A stretch of DNA of 64,000 nucleotides from a virus. Within the stretch, counting starts at the first letter, position 1; the number at the start of each line of letters is the position of its first letter. The notes under the pieces were generated by a model. The model saw nothing but the letters and a program-made list of their open reading frames with translations, had not been told where the DNA came from and searched no databases. This document shows, in pieces, positions 46,176-54,802 of this stretch. The translations under genes were made by a program, and so were the position numbers. Location: IMG/VR virus record IMGVR_UViG_3300022918_000180, one strand, 5' to 3'.

Positions 46176-47735
46176 TCAGCGGTTGGTGATGGCGAGAATG
46201 GCGGGGCCGACGAACTCCTCGGCGACCACGCGGCACCCCTCGTCCGTCAGGTGAACGTGGTCGGCATAGTAGGTCGCGTTGTCGGGATTTTGGAACCTTG
46301 GGTCTGCCGCGACATCCACGAGGTAGTCCTGATAGTAGCCGATGGCGCCTGGCGCACGGAGGGCGGCGTTCACTTCGTCCGCTTTGCGGGCATGCTCGGC
46401 GATGGTCACGGTGCCGGCGGGCGGCGGTGAGCCCATCTCGTTGCGGCGGATGACCGTGAGGGCAATGACAATATACCCCTCCGCCTTTTTGGCCAGGTAG
46501 AACTCGCGGCCGGACATCAGCGCGGCTTCCACCGTCCGGTCTCCGGTGGTCCCGGCGATCTGGTTGGAGTATTCCCAAAAGACGCAATATTTCTGAACCG
46601 GGGACCAGTAGCGGCCCTCGTAGTCGGCGGCGGTGAGCTGAGGAGTCTGCCACCCTCCAACCGCCACGTTTTCCGTGCGCCAGCGGCGGTCGTTGCGGAC
46701 ATCGAGCCAGCGCTGCAACTGATCGGGGTAGGTGTTGTTGTTGCCGGTGGTCTGTGCGCCTACAGTGATGGAGTTGCCGGTGCAGACGATGAGCGGGCGG
46801 AACAGGGAGGTGATGGCCAGGTTGTATAGTGCCCCCAGTCGGCTGCTCACTTTGTCGATGGCCGCCGGGTTGCCGTCCGCGGAAAGCGCGATGCTGTAAA
46901 TGTCACCTTCGTAGAGTCCGCCGGCGAGATTGTTGAACCCGATGTTGTTCACGCTGGCAGTGGGATCGATGGCAACGAACTTATGCCACAGGCGCCCATT
47001 GCAGGCGTAATTGGCGTTCCCGGCGTAAATGAAGCCATTGTGCAGCTTGCGCGCGCGGGCCATGGACTCGTTATTGGCAATGGTTTCCGGACGGGATTCG
47101 TCGGTGCTCCCCTGCCCAAGAATGGCAAATCCCTGGCCGTCCCCGGCGCTCGCGGTTTCCCACAGGCCGGAAAAGGCATCGCTCTTCGTGACCAGGGCGT
47201 ATTTGGCGCTGACTGCGTTTTTCTTCGAGATTGCCCACACGGATTTCACGCCGGTCATCAGTTTGAAGTCGTTGGCGACCGGGTCCCAAAACGAATAAGC
47301 CCCGGCCACCAACCGCACCACCGGGTAGCCATCCGTGTCGAATTGCAGGGTGGGAGTCGTTCCAAAATCCCGCGCCTGAAGGCCGCTCACCGGGTCTTCG
47401 ATCATCTTGACCGGGTGCCCCGCCGTGGTGGCCGGAACCGCGCCCGCATAGTCCTGAAACATGTTGACCGGCACTTTGTCACCGTTGTGGGTGCGGAATT
47501 CGAACATCAGCGCCGGCGCGGGCTTGATGGACTCAAGGTAGGCATCCAGCGTGGCTTCGGCGTCGGTAAGGGCTGCTTCCGCGATCAGCAGGACCCTCTC
47601 ATACTCCTCACGCATTTCCTCAGGAAGACTGTCGATTTTCAAAATCCGGCGCATCCACGCGAGATCATTGTACTTCATCGCGGCTTCCCAGTTCCGGCGG
47701 ATTGAGTGAGGGTAGTCGGTAAGAGGCGCGGTCAT
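46176..47735 (-). CDS. virion-associated SGNH/GDSL esterase
   Basis: CTGNSIT block I, NVAVGG block II, DHVH block V; N-terminal helical and beta domains. Confidence 0.75.
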   Translation of the reverse strand: MTAPLTDYPHSIRRNWEAAMKYNDLAWMRRILKIDSLPEEMREEYERVLLIAEAALTDAEATLDAYLESIKPAPALMFEFRTHNGDKVPVNMFQDYAGAVPATTAGHPVKMIEDPVSGLQARDFGTTPTLQFDTDGYPVVRLVAGAYSFWDPVANDFKLMTGVKSVWAISKKNAVSAKYALVTKSDAFSGLWETASAGDGQGFAILGQGSTDESRPETIANNESMARARKLHNGFIYAGNANYACNGRLWHKFVAIDPTASVNNIGFNNLAGGLYEGDIYSIALSADGNPAAIDKVSSRLGALYNLAITSLFRPLIVCTGNSITVGAQTTGNNNTYPDQLQRWLDVRNDRRWRTENVAVGGWQTPQLTAADYEGRYWSPVQKYCVFWEYSNQIAGTTGDRTVEAALMSGREFYLAKKAEGYIVIALTVIRRNEMGSPPPAGTVTIAEHARKADEVNAALRAPGAIGYYQDYLVDVAADPRFQNPDNATYYADHVHLTDEGCRVVAEEFVGPAILAITNR

Positions 47736-47758
47736 GGTTTTGGAGGGTATTTGAAATT

Positions 47759-48016
47759 TTACGCTTCAGGCGGCGGATCTGTTTTAGTGGTGGTCGTTTG
47801 CGTGGTGCTGGATGGTTCCGTGACAAGTCGTGTGTTAGAGAGGATCGTCATCAGACCCCCGCTGAAAGAACCGGTAAATCCGGAAAACAGAGCAATATGC
47901 GCAGGATCCGCTTTATTCAAAATCAAAAAATAAGTCCCGAAGATCCCGAGCGATGTGAAGAACACCAGGGACAGCACCACGATATATATGATGTATTTTG
48001 GCGTCTGTTGCATCAC
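47759..48016 (-). CDS. holin candidate (2 TM)
   Basis: Two TM segments and a polar C-terminal tail. Confidence 0.5.
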   Translation of the reverse strand: MMQQTPKYIIYIVVLSLVFFTSLGIFGTYFLILNKADPAHIALFSGFTGSFSGGLMTILSNTRLVTEPSSTTQTTTTKTDPPPEA

Positions 48017-48444
48017 TTCTTTTTGGCTGGCCTGTCGGCAGGTTTCACGCCAAGGGCGTTGGCGATGGCGGGGATGTCCTGATCCAAAGTGACCCGGGAG
48101 GCGCGGGCTTCTTCGCTGCGGACCCGCATTTCGCTCATGTAAACCTGCTGGTCGTGCTGCAATTTGAGGATCTCCTTCATCCCCGTCTGGATGTCCTTCA
48201 CGCTGGTCTTCACGTCCGCAATCTGCTCCACGTCATACTTCAGCTCCCTCGCGCTGTATTGCGTGCCCTGCCGGTCCATCCGCTCGATGTTCGTCTTCAC
48301 CCATACCATGTCCACCACCAGGGTCCGCAGCGTCTCGTCCTTGCGGGTCACGTAGACGATGCCGCCGCACAATGTCAGTAGCGAGCAGACGATGGACATG
48401 ACATTCGCCACGTTGAACTGGTTTTTGACTTCGGTAAGGGACAT
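48013..48444 (-). CDS. N-terminally anchored coiled-coil protein (holin/antiholin-like)
   Basis: Single N-terminal TM followed by heptad repeats. Confidence 0.5.
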   Translation of the reverse strand: MSLTEVKNQFNVANVMSIVCSLLTLCGGIVYVTRKDETLRTLVVDMVWVKTNIERMDRQGTQYSARELKYDVEQIADVKTSVKDIQTGMKEILKLQHDQQVYMSEMRVRSEEARASRVTLDQDIPAIANALGVKPADRPAKKK

Positions 48445-48459
48445 AGTTTTGATTGGTTC

Positions 48460-49965
48460 CTACCTCTTCACAGGTATCATCCATGCAGGGGCGTCGGTTG
48501 CAAGCTCCAGAGCATCTTCGAAATGGGCCCCGTAGGCTTCCTGCGGCTTCGATTCAAATACTCCCTCGTGGGTGTCGGATTGGGCCCACTGAGCCACGCA
48601 CCAGAACGGATACGGGGAGTAGACGTTGAGCGCGCCCGCCTCCATCATCCGCGAGGTGTAGAGGTCGGCGATGTAGTTGGGGTCGGCCTCGTAGGCGGCG
48701 ATCAGCTTGGCAGCGCCGGAGGGGAAGAGGGCGTAGGCAAAAAGACCGTATCCACGGTTGGCGCGGGAGATGCCGGGGATGTCCGTGGGCTGATACTCCG
48801 CATAGCCCAGCCCCAGGGCGAGCACATCAACGTCCCCCGGCAACCACATTTCGGTGTTCCAGCGTTGGCGGAACTTGCGGCAGAAGATCACGTCGTCCTC
48901 GAAGATGGCCAGTGGTTTGCCGGAAGCCAGACACTGCCTCCACATCGCAAGGTGACTTTGGCAGGTGGCGGAAGCCAGGGCGGTGGCTTTGGCGTGGAGT
49001 TTCGGGCCGCCCTTGCCATCCACGGCGCTCTGCCGGCGGATGGGGATGCCCAGCTTGCCGCACTGCTGCTGCATGTATTCCCAGCGGTCGGGACGGCGGT
49101 CGAGGTTCAGACACAACGCCGCATCGCCGCAATCGGCGGCAGGCGTGAAGAAGAAATTGACGGGTGGGCCCAGCGGGACAACCGCGCCGCCGTGGGCGGG
49201 GGTGATCCGCAGCGGCTGGACGGGAAGGCCGTAGACCGCCGCTTGGCTGGTCAGGCGGTCCCACTTCTCCGGCAGCGGGAAGCAGGCGGCGTGCAGGCCG
49301 ATGATCTCGCGGGGCGCGTGCTCGATGGTGCCGGTGAGACGGAAGTTGTCCGTGTAGTTCATCGCCAGCGGCAGCAGGTCCAGCAGGCCGGACTTCTGCA
49401 CGGCGGCATTCAGGAAGCTCTGCTCGCCGATGTCACCCACGGGAGCGATGCGGCCTTCAAGACAGTCCTCGTTGAACCGGCGGGCGTCCTCGAAGATTTG
49501 GCGGTGCGCCGGGTTGCCCAGGTCACACACGTAGAAACCGGAGTTGAAATATTCGGCAGGCGGGAAGCCGAAGATGTTGGAGTCGTTTACGCAGAACGTC
49601 TCCTGATGGTAGACACCGCGGTCGTGGACGGCGTGGAATTTACCAGTCGCACCCAAGGGGCGGAAGTCGAAAGGCCGCAGCAGCCACCAGTCGGAATCAA
49701 AAAAGACGATGGGACGCGGGCCAATGAACTGGTCGATCAGGAGCTTCGGAGAGAACCCGTCCGCGTCGTCCGCGGTGATCACGATCACATCGAGCCCGGA
49801 AAACTCCTTCATCCGGCGGACGGCCTCTGTTCCCAACTTCTCATAGGCGGGACTGATGACGGTGACGGCGACCATCCCCAGGGGTTTTTTCGGCTTGGCC
49901 ATGACCGGGCATGGCGCGGGATGGTGGTAGTGGCCGGCCCGGGGGGCGTCGAGAATGGTAATCAT
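48460..49965 (-). CDS. bifunctional glycosyltransferase (GT8-like + GT25-like)
   Basis: N half: FFDSD, YFNSG, EQSFLN (GT8-like). C half: CLNLDRRPDRW, SAVDG, SH..W, IFEDD, YAL..GAAKL (GT25). Confidence 0.85.
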   Translation of the reverse strand: MITILDAPRAGHYHHPAPCPVMAKPKKPLGMVAVTVISPAYEKLGTEAVRRMKEFSGLDVIVITADDADGFSPKLLIDQFIGPRPIVFFDSDWWLLRPFDFRPLGATGKFHAVHDRGVYHQETFCVNDSNIFGFPPAEYFNSGFYVCDLGNPAHRQIFEDARRFNEDCLEGRIAPVGDIGEQSFLNAAVQKSGLLDLLPLAMNYTDNFRLTGTIEHAPREIIGLHAACFPLPEKWDRLTSQAAVYGLPVQPLRITPAHGGAVVPLGPPVNFFFTPAADCGDAALCLNLDRRPDRWEYMQQQCGKLGIPIRRQSAVDGKGGPKLHAKATALASATCQSHLAMWRQCLASGKPLAIFEDDVIFCRKFRQRWNTEMWLPGDVDVLALGLGYAEYQPTDIPGISRANRGYGLFAYALFPSGAAKLIAAYEADPNYIADLYTSRMMEAGALNVYSPYPFWCVAQWAQSDTHEGVFESKPQEAYGAHFEDALELATDAPAWMIPVKR

Positions 49966-49968
49966 CGG

Positions 49969-51258
49969 TCAGTGCATGCTGTCGCCAAGGATTTCGTAAT
50001 ACAGCCCCTTTGCCGCAGTGCCAATGTAAGGTTGCCAACCTCTGACACGGGCCACAATGGAAGCTCCGGCCGGAATCCAACGGCCCAGGAGGCTTGTGCC
50101 GGAGACCCGCGCATTTGTCAAAGGAACTTGTGTGGTAATCGGCGTTCCGTTGTAGAAAAATTCGACGGTCTTCGACCCCCCGCCGCTGCCGGCCGTGCCC
50201 ACCGCCAGCAGGACGGAGTGGACGCGCATGCCGCTGGCCACGGTGCCGAGCTTGTAATCGGTGTAGGGATCCGCGGTGTTCACGTCCTCGTCACGCGGGA
50301 AAATCCAGTCGGCCATGCGGGTGGCCCGCGGCGTTTTGTCGTAAATGGAGCGGCTGGACTCCACCGCACCGGTGACGGCGTGGACGACCTCCACCACCAC
50401 GTCGTCGGCAGTGACCCGCAGGCGGCCGATCAGCGGGTCGATGTCGTTCACGAAGACGGGCCAGGCACCGGCGGCGACCGGGTAGGGCCGCACCAGGCTG
50501 GTGCCGCTGGTCTGCACGGATCCGGAGAGGTTGATCAACGGTGTGCCCATCCACACCAGCCACTCGGCCATGTGGACGTGACCGCAAAGGACCGCGTCGG
50601 CTTTGGCCAGCACCACCCAGTCCATCTCGGGGGTGACATCGTGCGAAGGATCGTTCCCGGTGCTGACCGGGGGATGGTGGAGCATGACGATCTTGTGCCG
50701 CGCAGTGGAGGAGTTCAGCGCGGCCTCCAGCCAGACATACTGCGCCCCGCCGGCCACCTGGAGGTCGCCGGGGATGAACGTGCCATTGGTCTTCTTGCCG
50801 GTCTCAATGCCGAAGACCTCCACCAGTCCATTGCCCAGCACGCGCCGCCACCACGGGTTGCTGTCGGTGAAGAGGTAGGGGAACGCGGCGGCGTCGGCGG
50901 CGATGCCCGCGGGGGTGTCCAGAGTGTGGTTGCCCCGCACGCGCAGGTAACGCTGGGTGTTGATCCACGGCAGGAACCCCGCCCAGGCGGCGGGGTCCCC
51001 ATCGAGGTAGTTGTTGTCACCGGCGTCCAACACGTAGTCCGGGCCGAAGTCGGTGATGGTGCTGACGACCGCGGTGAGCGCCGCGCCGGGCAGGCCCACG
51101 TCAGCCACGTAGGCCAGGCACAGCCGGGCGTCGGGGGTTTGGGTGTCTGGAGCCGTGCCGTCGCAGCCCCGGCAGATCGCCAGATAGAGGTCGCGCAGGA
51201 CCTCCTTCAAATCCATGGAGAATGGAAGATAGGCGATCCGCTGGAGCATCGAGAGCAT
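49969..51258 (-). CDS. calcineurin-like metallophosphoesterase with C-terminal beta-sandwich
   Basis: ADVG, AGDNNY, GNH, HHPP, GHVH metal ligands. Confidence 0.85.
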   Translation of the reverse strand: MLSMLQRIAYLPFSMDLKEVLRDLYLAICRGCDGTAPDTQTPDARLCLAYVADVGLPGAALTAVVSTITDFGPDYVLDAGDNNYLDGDPAAWAGFLPWINTQRYLRVRGNHTLDTPAGIAADAAAFPYLFTDSNPWWRRVLGNGLVEVFGIETGKKTNGTFIPGDLQVAGGAQYVWLEAALNSSTARHKIVMLHHPPVSTGNDPSHDVTPEMDWVVLAKADAVLCGHVHMAEWLVWMGTPLINLSGSVQTSGTSLVRPYPVAAGAWPVFVNDIDPLIGRLRVTADDVVVEVVHAVTGAVESSRSIYDKTPRATRMADWIFPRDEDVNTADPYTDYKLGTVASGMRVHSVLLAVGTAGSGGGSKTVEFFYNGTPITTQVPLTNARVSGTSLLGRWIPAGASIVARVRGWQPYIGTAAKGLYYEILGDSMH

Positions 51259-51264
51259 AACGGA

Positions 51265-51702
51265 TCAGGAGGTGGCGATGTTGCCGTGCAGGGTGTAGGC
51301 GTTGGCTGTGGACACGCCGGAACGGACGAGGTAGCCGATGCCACCCGCGCTGACATCCCCGTTGCTGGAGGTGGTTGCGCCATCGGGGGTGTTGAAGGTG
51401 GTCATCGTGACCCCGGAGCCCAGGAGAACCGCGCGGTTCCCTGCGGTGATGTTCCGGAGTTCCACGCGGAAGTAGAAGGGAAGCCCGGGTGGAACCGTGA
51501 CGGTGGAAGCCGCGCCCAGGAGGAACAGCTTGTGGGAGTCGGAAGCCTTGAGGGTGTAGGGCGCGGTCAGGGTGACCGGCGGCGCGAAAAGAGTGGACCG
51601 GAGCGCGGCCACTGCCGCAGGCAGGTTCAGCCTGGCGGCAACACCTGCACGAAAGACGGTGCCTGCGGATCTGACGAATTGAGCCCAGTTGGAAGCGGTC
51701 AT
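51265..51702 (-). CDS. virion decoration / fibre-like protein
   Basis: TAPYTLKASD..STVTVP..NITAG pattern of fibre tip beta domains; immediately after the capsid gene. Confidence 0.5.
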   Translation of the reverse strand: MTASNWAQFVRSAGTVFRAGVAARLNLPAAVAALRSTLFAPPVTLTAPYTLKASDSHKLFLLGAASTVTVPPGLPFYFRVELRNITAGNRAVLLGSGVTMTTFNTPDGATTSSNGDVSAGGIGYLVRSGVSTANAYTLHGNIATS

Positions 51703-51719
51703 GGCTTGTGGATAAAGTT

Positions 51720-51753
51720 TGGCCGGGGACAGACGGTTTGTCCATCCCCGGCC
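51720..51753 (-). terminator. hairpin downstream of the capsid gene
   Basis: GGCCGGGGA...TCCCCGGCC stem just after the capsid stop codon. Confidence 0.45.
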
Positions 51754-51767
51754 GGGTTTAATTTCGA

Positions 51768-53570
51768 TTACACGTCTTCGGGCAGGGCGGGGAAGGCCAC
51801 CACCGTGGTCGTGCAGGACGTGTTGGGGAGCAGCACGGCAGCCTGGGGAGCAGGGAGCACGTTGCTGTAGTTGATGTTGAACTGGGTGCCGGGGGTGGCA
51901 GTCGAGAGCAACGTGACGTTGAAGCACTTGGTGCCGCACTCCTTGTCAGCCCAGGACAACGTGCCGCTGGTCGTGGTGTATTCGTTCCCGGCACCGGCGG
52001 TAGCCGTTCCGGGAGCGGTGGCGTAGTCGAGGGAGACGATACCATTGGCGGCGTAACCGGCAGGGACGGTGCGGGTGACGCAGACCTTGAGGAGCAGCGT
52101 TCCGGCTTCCACTTCCACGCGGCACTCGGTGGTGAAGACACCGTAGGAGAGCGGCAGGGCGGTGGCGGTCGCGCAGGCTTTCTCCTCGGCACAGGTCAGT
52201 CCATCCACGGGGCAGCCCGGGGAAATGCCGACAGGAGCCAGGGCGCGATTGGTCACGGGGTCAAGGCCGATGCGGTTGGCCACCATCTCGTAGCCGGGGA
52301 GGCGGCTCCAGAGGATGGCGGTGGCGCGGGGCTGCTCGGGGTCCATCTTCCACGCCTGCTTCAGGCGGGGTTTGAACTTGTCCTCGTTCTCATTGCACTG
52401 GAGGAACGCACCCCCGATGAACTTGACGGAGCTGGCGATGGACCACGCTTCGGCACCGTTGGTGACCGGGGTGGAGGCGTCCAGACCGATGGGGCGCATG
52501 GAGTAGGCATCCTTGGCGGCAGCCCAGATCGGGGAGACCAGATCGTGGGAGACACCGGAGTTGTCCGTGAAGCGGGATCCCTGGTAACGGGAGTCACTGA
52601 AGGCGCGCACCCCGCGGTTCACCGCCTTCCACAGGCGGCGGTCGATGGGGACGAACTGACGGGTGCTGGGACCGGTCTGCTTGATGTAGCCGAACGGAAG
52701 GTCCGCGATTTTGACGGTGATGCCGTCCACGGAGATGGTCTTGCCCACGCTGTATTCCGGGATCTGCGGTCCCATGAAGTTCATGGCCTGAACCTGGAAG
52801 CCGGCCGAGCCATTGAACTGGCGGGAGAGGAACCAACTGCGGGCGACACGCTCGTGCATGTGCCAGACCTTTTCCCCGGCGAAGTCGTTGCCGCGCAGGT
52901 GCTCCTCGAACATGAGGGCATTGTTGCTGGTGAAGACGCTGTCCGGAGTGTGGGGGATGCTGCCCAGGGTGTAGGCCGGATAATCCTCGCTGATGATCGA
53001 GCTGTTCCAGCCGTTCTTCTGCATGGTCACGAAGATGTTCCAGTCGCGGATGCGCATGGCGGCGCGGCTCAGACCCCGGGTCATGGCTTTGATGTATTGG
53101 GCGAAGAGGCCGCGGTTTTTGCCGCGGTATTCCCAGATGCAGTGCTCCTTGTCCTCGACCTGGATGTATTGGGCCTTGCCGCGGAACTCCTCGGAGCCGC
53201 TGGCCAGCACAGTGAGCCCGCGGGGGGAACAGGCGGTGTGGCTGTCGTCGGCGATGATCGCGGCCACCTGCTCGGTGGACATGCAGTCATTGGGGGAGAA
53301 GTTTTTCGTGGAATCCGTGTGGGTTTCCTTGAATTCGGGGGCCTCCACATAGGTGTTCATGAGGTCCATCGAGTAGATCCGGTTCAGCTCGTCATCCTGG
53401 TAGGATGCCGGGCCCATCTGGAAATGGTTCACGAGGGAGAGTTCGTGCTGGAGGGCCTCGCGGTTGTCCTCCCATCCGCGTTCGCGGATGATGCGTTCGG
53501 CGAGAGTAAGTCCGGCGTCCGCCCAGGAGGCAGGTTGTCCGTTTACGAGTAGATTGCAGCCACAGGCCAT
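51768..53570 (-). CDS. major capsid protein (probable) with C-terminal Calx-beta domain
   Basis: First late gene after its own promoter and long leader, followed by a hairpin; C-terminal VTR..GIVSLDYATAPGTATAG.EY..TSGTLSW matches Calx-beta; 14 Cys. Confidence 0.6.
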   Translation of the reverse strand: MACGCNLLVNGQPASWADAGLTLAERIIRERGWEDNREALQHELSLVNHFQMGPASYQDDELNRIYSMDLMNTYVEAPEFKETHTDSTKNFSPNDCMSTEQVAAIIADDSHTACSPRGLTVLASGSEEFRGKAQYIQVEDKEHCIWEYRGKNRGLFAQYIKAMTRGLSRAAMRIRDWNIFVTMQKNGWNSSIISEDYPAYTLGSIPHTPDSVFTSNNALMFEEHLRGNDFAGEKVWHMHERVARSWFLSRQFNGSAGFQVQAMNFMGPQIPEYSVGKTISVDGITVKIADLPFGYIKQTGPSTRQFVPIDRRLWKAVNRGVRAFSDSRYQGSRFTDNSGVSHDLVSPIWAAAKDAYSMRPIGLDASTPVTNGAEAWSIASSVKFIGGAFLQCNENEDKFKPRLKQAWKMDPEQPRATAILWSRLPGYEMVANRIGLDPVTNRALAPVGISPGCPVDGLTCAEEKACATATALPLSYGVFTTECRVEVEAGTLLLKVCVTRTVPAGYAANGIVSLDYATAPGTATAGAGNEYTTTSGTLSWADKECGTKCFNVTLLSTATPGTQFNINYSNVLPAPQAAVLLPNTSCTTTVVAFPALPEDV

Positions 53571-53752
53571 GATATTTGAAGAGAGTTTGGGAAGCGTTTA
53601 CGATATGCCATACCGCAATTTGCGGTGGCGCGGAATCGCCGGGACGCTAACCCCAACACTGCTCTCGGTATCCGGCCGCCAGTTCTCCACTGAAGGATTT
53701 GCAGGCGGCGTGCCTCGTAGCTTTCTCGACCGGAGGGCCGGTCAGTGGTGGC

Positions 53753-53780
53753 AGAGTGCGTGGATTTATGGGAATTGCAA
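53753..53780 (-). promoter_or_regulatory. putative late promoter for the capsid operon
   Basis: TTGCAA-16-CACTCT on the minus strand. Confidence 0.4.
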
Positions 53781-53792
53781 GCTCAATCGCTA

Positions 53793-53835
53793 AAAACAGG
53801 GAGCCCCTGCCGGTGGGTAAATCCGGCAGGGGCTC
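53793..53835 (-). terminator. intrinsic terminator ending the early cassette operon
   Basis: 13-bp stem GAGCCCCTGCCGG/CCGGCAGGGGCTC followed by CCTGTTTTT on the minus strand. Confidence 0.65.
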
Positions 53836-53967
53836 ATTCTGTGTTTGATGCTTCTGTGGTTTCCGTGCTCCGCCACGGTGCTATTTTTGTATTACATAAA
53901 TGCCGCTTTTTGGTGCGCCTCCGTTGGTATCTATCCCGGAGTTTGGCCCCTGCCGGGTGGGAGAGTA

Positions 53968-54378
53968 TCAGTTGCCGGCCTTGAGCCGGGCTTTGCGTTC
54001 CCGCTTGGCCTGCGCGGCGGCGATGCGCTGCTGGCTGTGGTCGGGGATGGTGACGCCGGATTCGATGCGGGGTGCGGTGTATCCGCCGCCGTAGTCACGG
54101 TAGCCTGTGGGGTTCATCAGCGCGGCAAGTGTGGCCATGGTCCGGGATCGTGCGCGGTGGTAGAATGGGTCAATCTCCAGAGTGAGTGTGCGGGCAGTGT
54201 CGGAGACTGCGGATAGGCCCGTCAGATCAACGTCCCGTCGTTCCTGCTCAACCATGGCTTCTAACTGGTCCAGCACGGCCTGCTTTTCGTCCGGCCTCAA
54301 CTCCTCAATGGACTTGCGTGCGGGGTGACTTGCGCCGGTCACGGCGACGGTGAGATTTGTAAGTTCAGAAAAAGTCAT
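53968..54378 (-). CDS. hypothetical protein
   Basis: 136 aa from MTFSEL; CTAACACAACC leader. Confidence 0.55.
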   Translation of the reverse strand: MTFSELTNLTVAVTGASHPARKSIEELRPDEKQAVLDQLEAMVEQERRDVDLTGLSAVSDTARTLTLEIDPFYHRARSRTMATLAALMNPTGYRDYGGGYTAPRIESGVTIPDHSQQRIAAAQAKRERKARLKAGN

Positions 54379-54581
54379 GGTTGTGTTAGGGTGAGTTGTT
54401 TCGCCGCCGACCGCCTGCGCCGCCACTCGCGGCTGATCCGCACTTTCTTGTCCAGGCACGTCCGGCACCGGGAGGATTCGCCCTCCCGGCGGCGTCCGCA
54501 ATGATCACGGCAGAGGCCGAGATCGTAGAGTTCGGAGACGCGGGCCTTGCGGCGGAGGTATTTGGCGGGGAGGGCGTTCAT
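54375..54581 (-). CDS. basic Zn-finger protein
   Basis: GLCRDHCG...RCRTCL pattern. Confidence 0.6.
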   Translation of the reverse strand: MNALPAKYLRRKARVSELYDLGLCRDHCGRRREGESSRCRTCLDKKVRISREWRRRRSAAKQLTLTQP

Positions 54582-54802
54582 GGTGTATTAGCCAGTGGAG
54601 GTTCAGAAGGGACGCATTCCTCCTCGCCGAAATCGTCAATGGGAACCATGCCGCATTGCTCGGTGTCGGTTGCGAAAACGCGCCATCCGGAGCCGCGCTT
54701 AACCCAACGGGCAATGACACCGATGCCATCGCAGTCAGCAGCGGCCATGACTTCGACAGGGCCGCTGTCATCGGATATTGTGGAGAGAATGTGCCAAATC
54801 AT
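54578..54802 (-). CDS. hypothetical acidic protein
   Basis: 74 aa, ATGA coupling. Confidence 0.5.
   Translation of the reverse strand: MIWHILSTISDDSGPVEVMAAADCDGIGVIARWVKRGSGWRVFATDTEQCGMVPIDDFGEEECVPSEPPLANTP

Noticed and set aside
43065-47735. Diversity-generating retroelement or invertase-driven fibre switching
   Set aside because: No reverse transcriptase, template/variable repeat pair or serine invertase; the fibre paralogs are similar only at protein level
51707-51715. Perfect DnaA box TTATCCACA on the minus strand
   Set aside because: Single copy in a gene leader; expected by chance and not clustered
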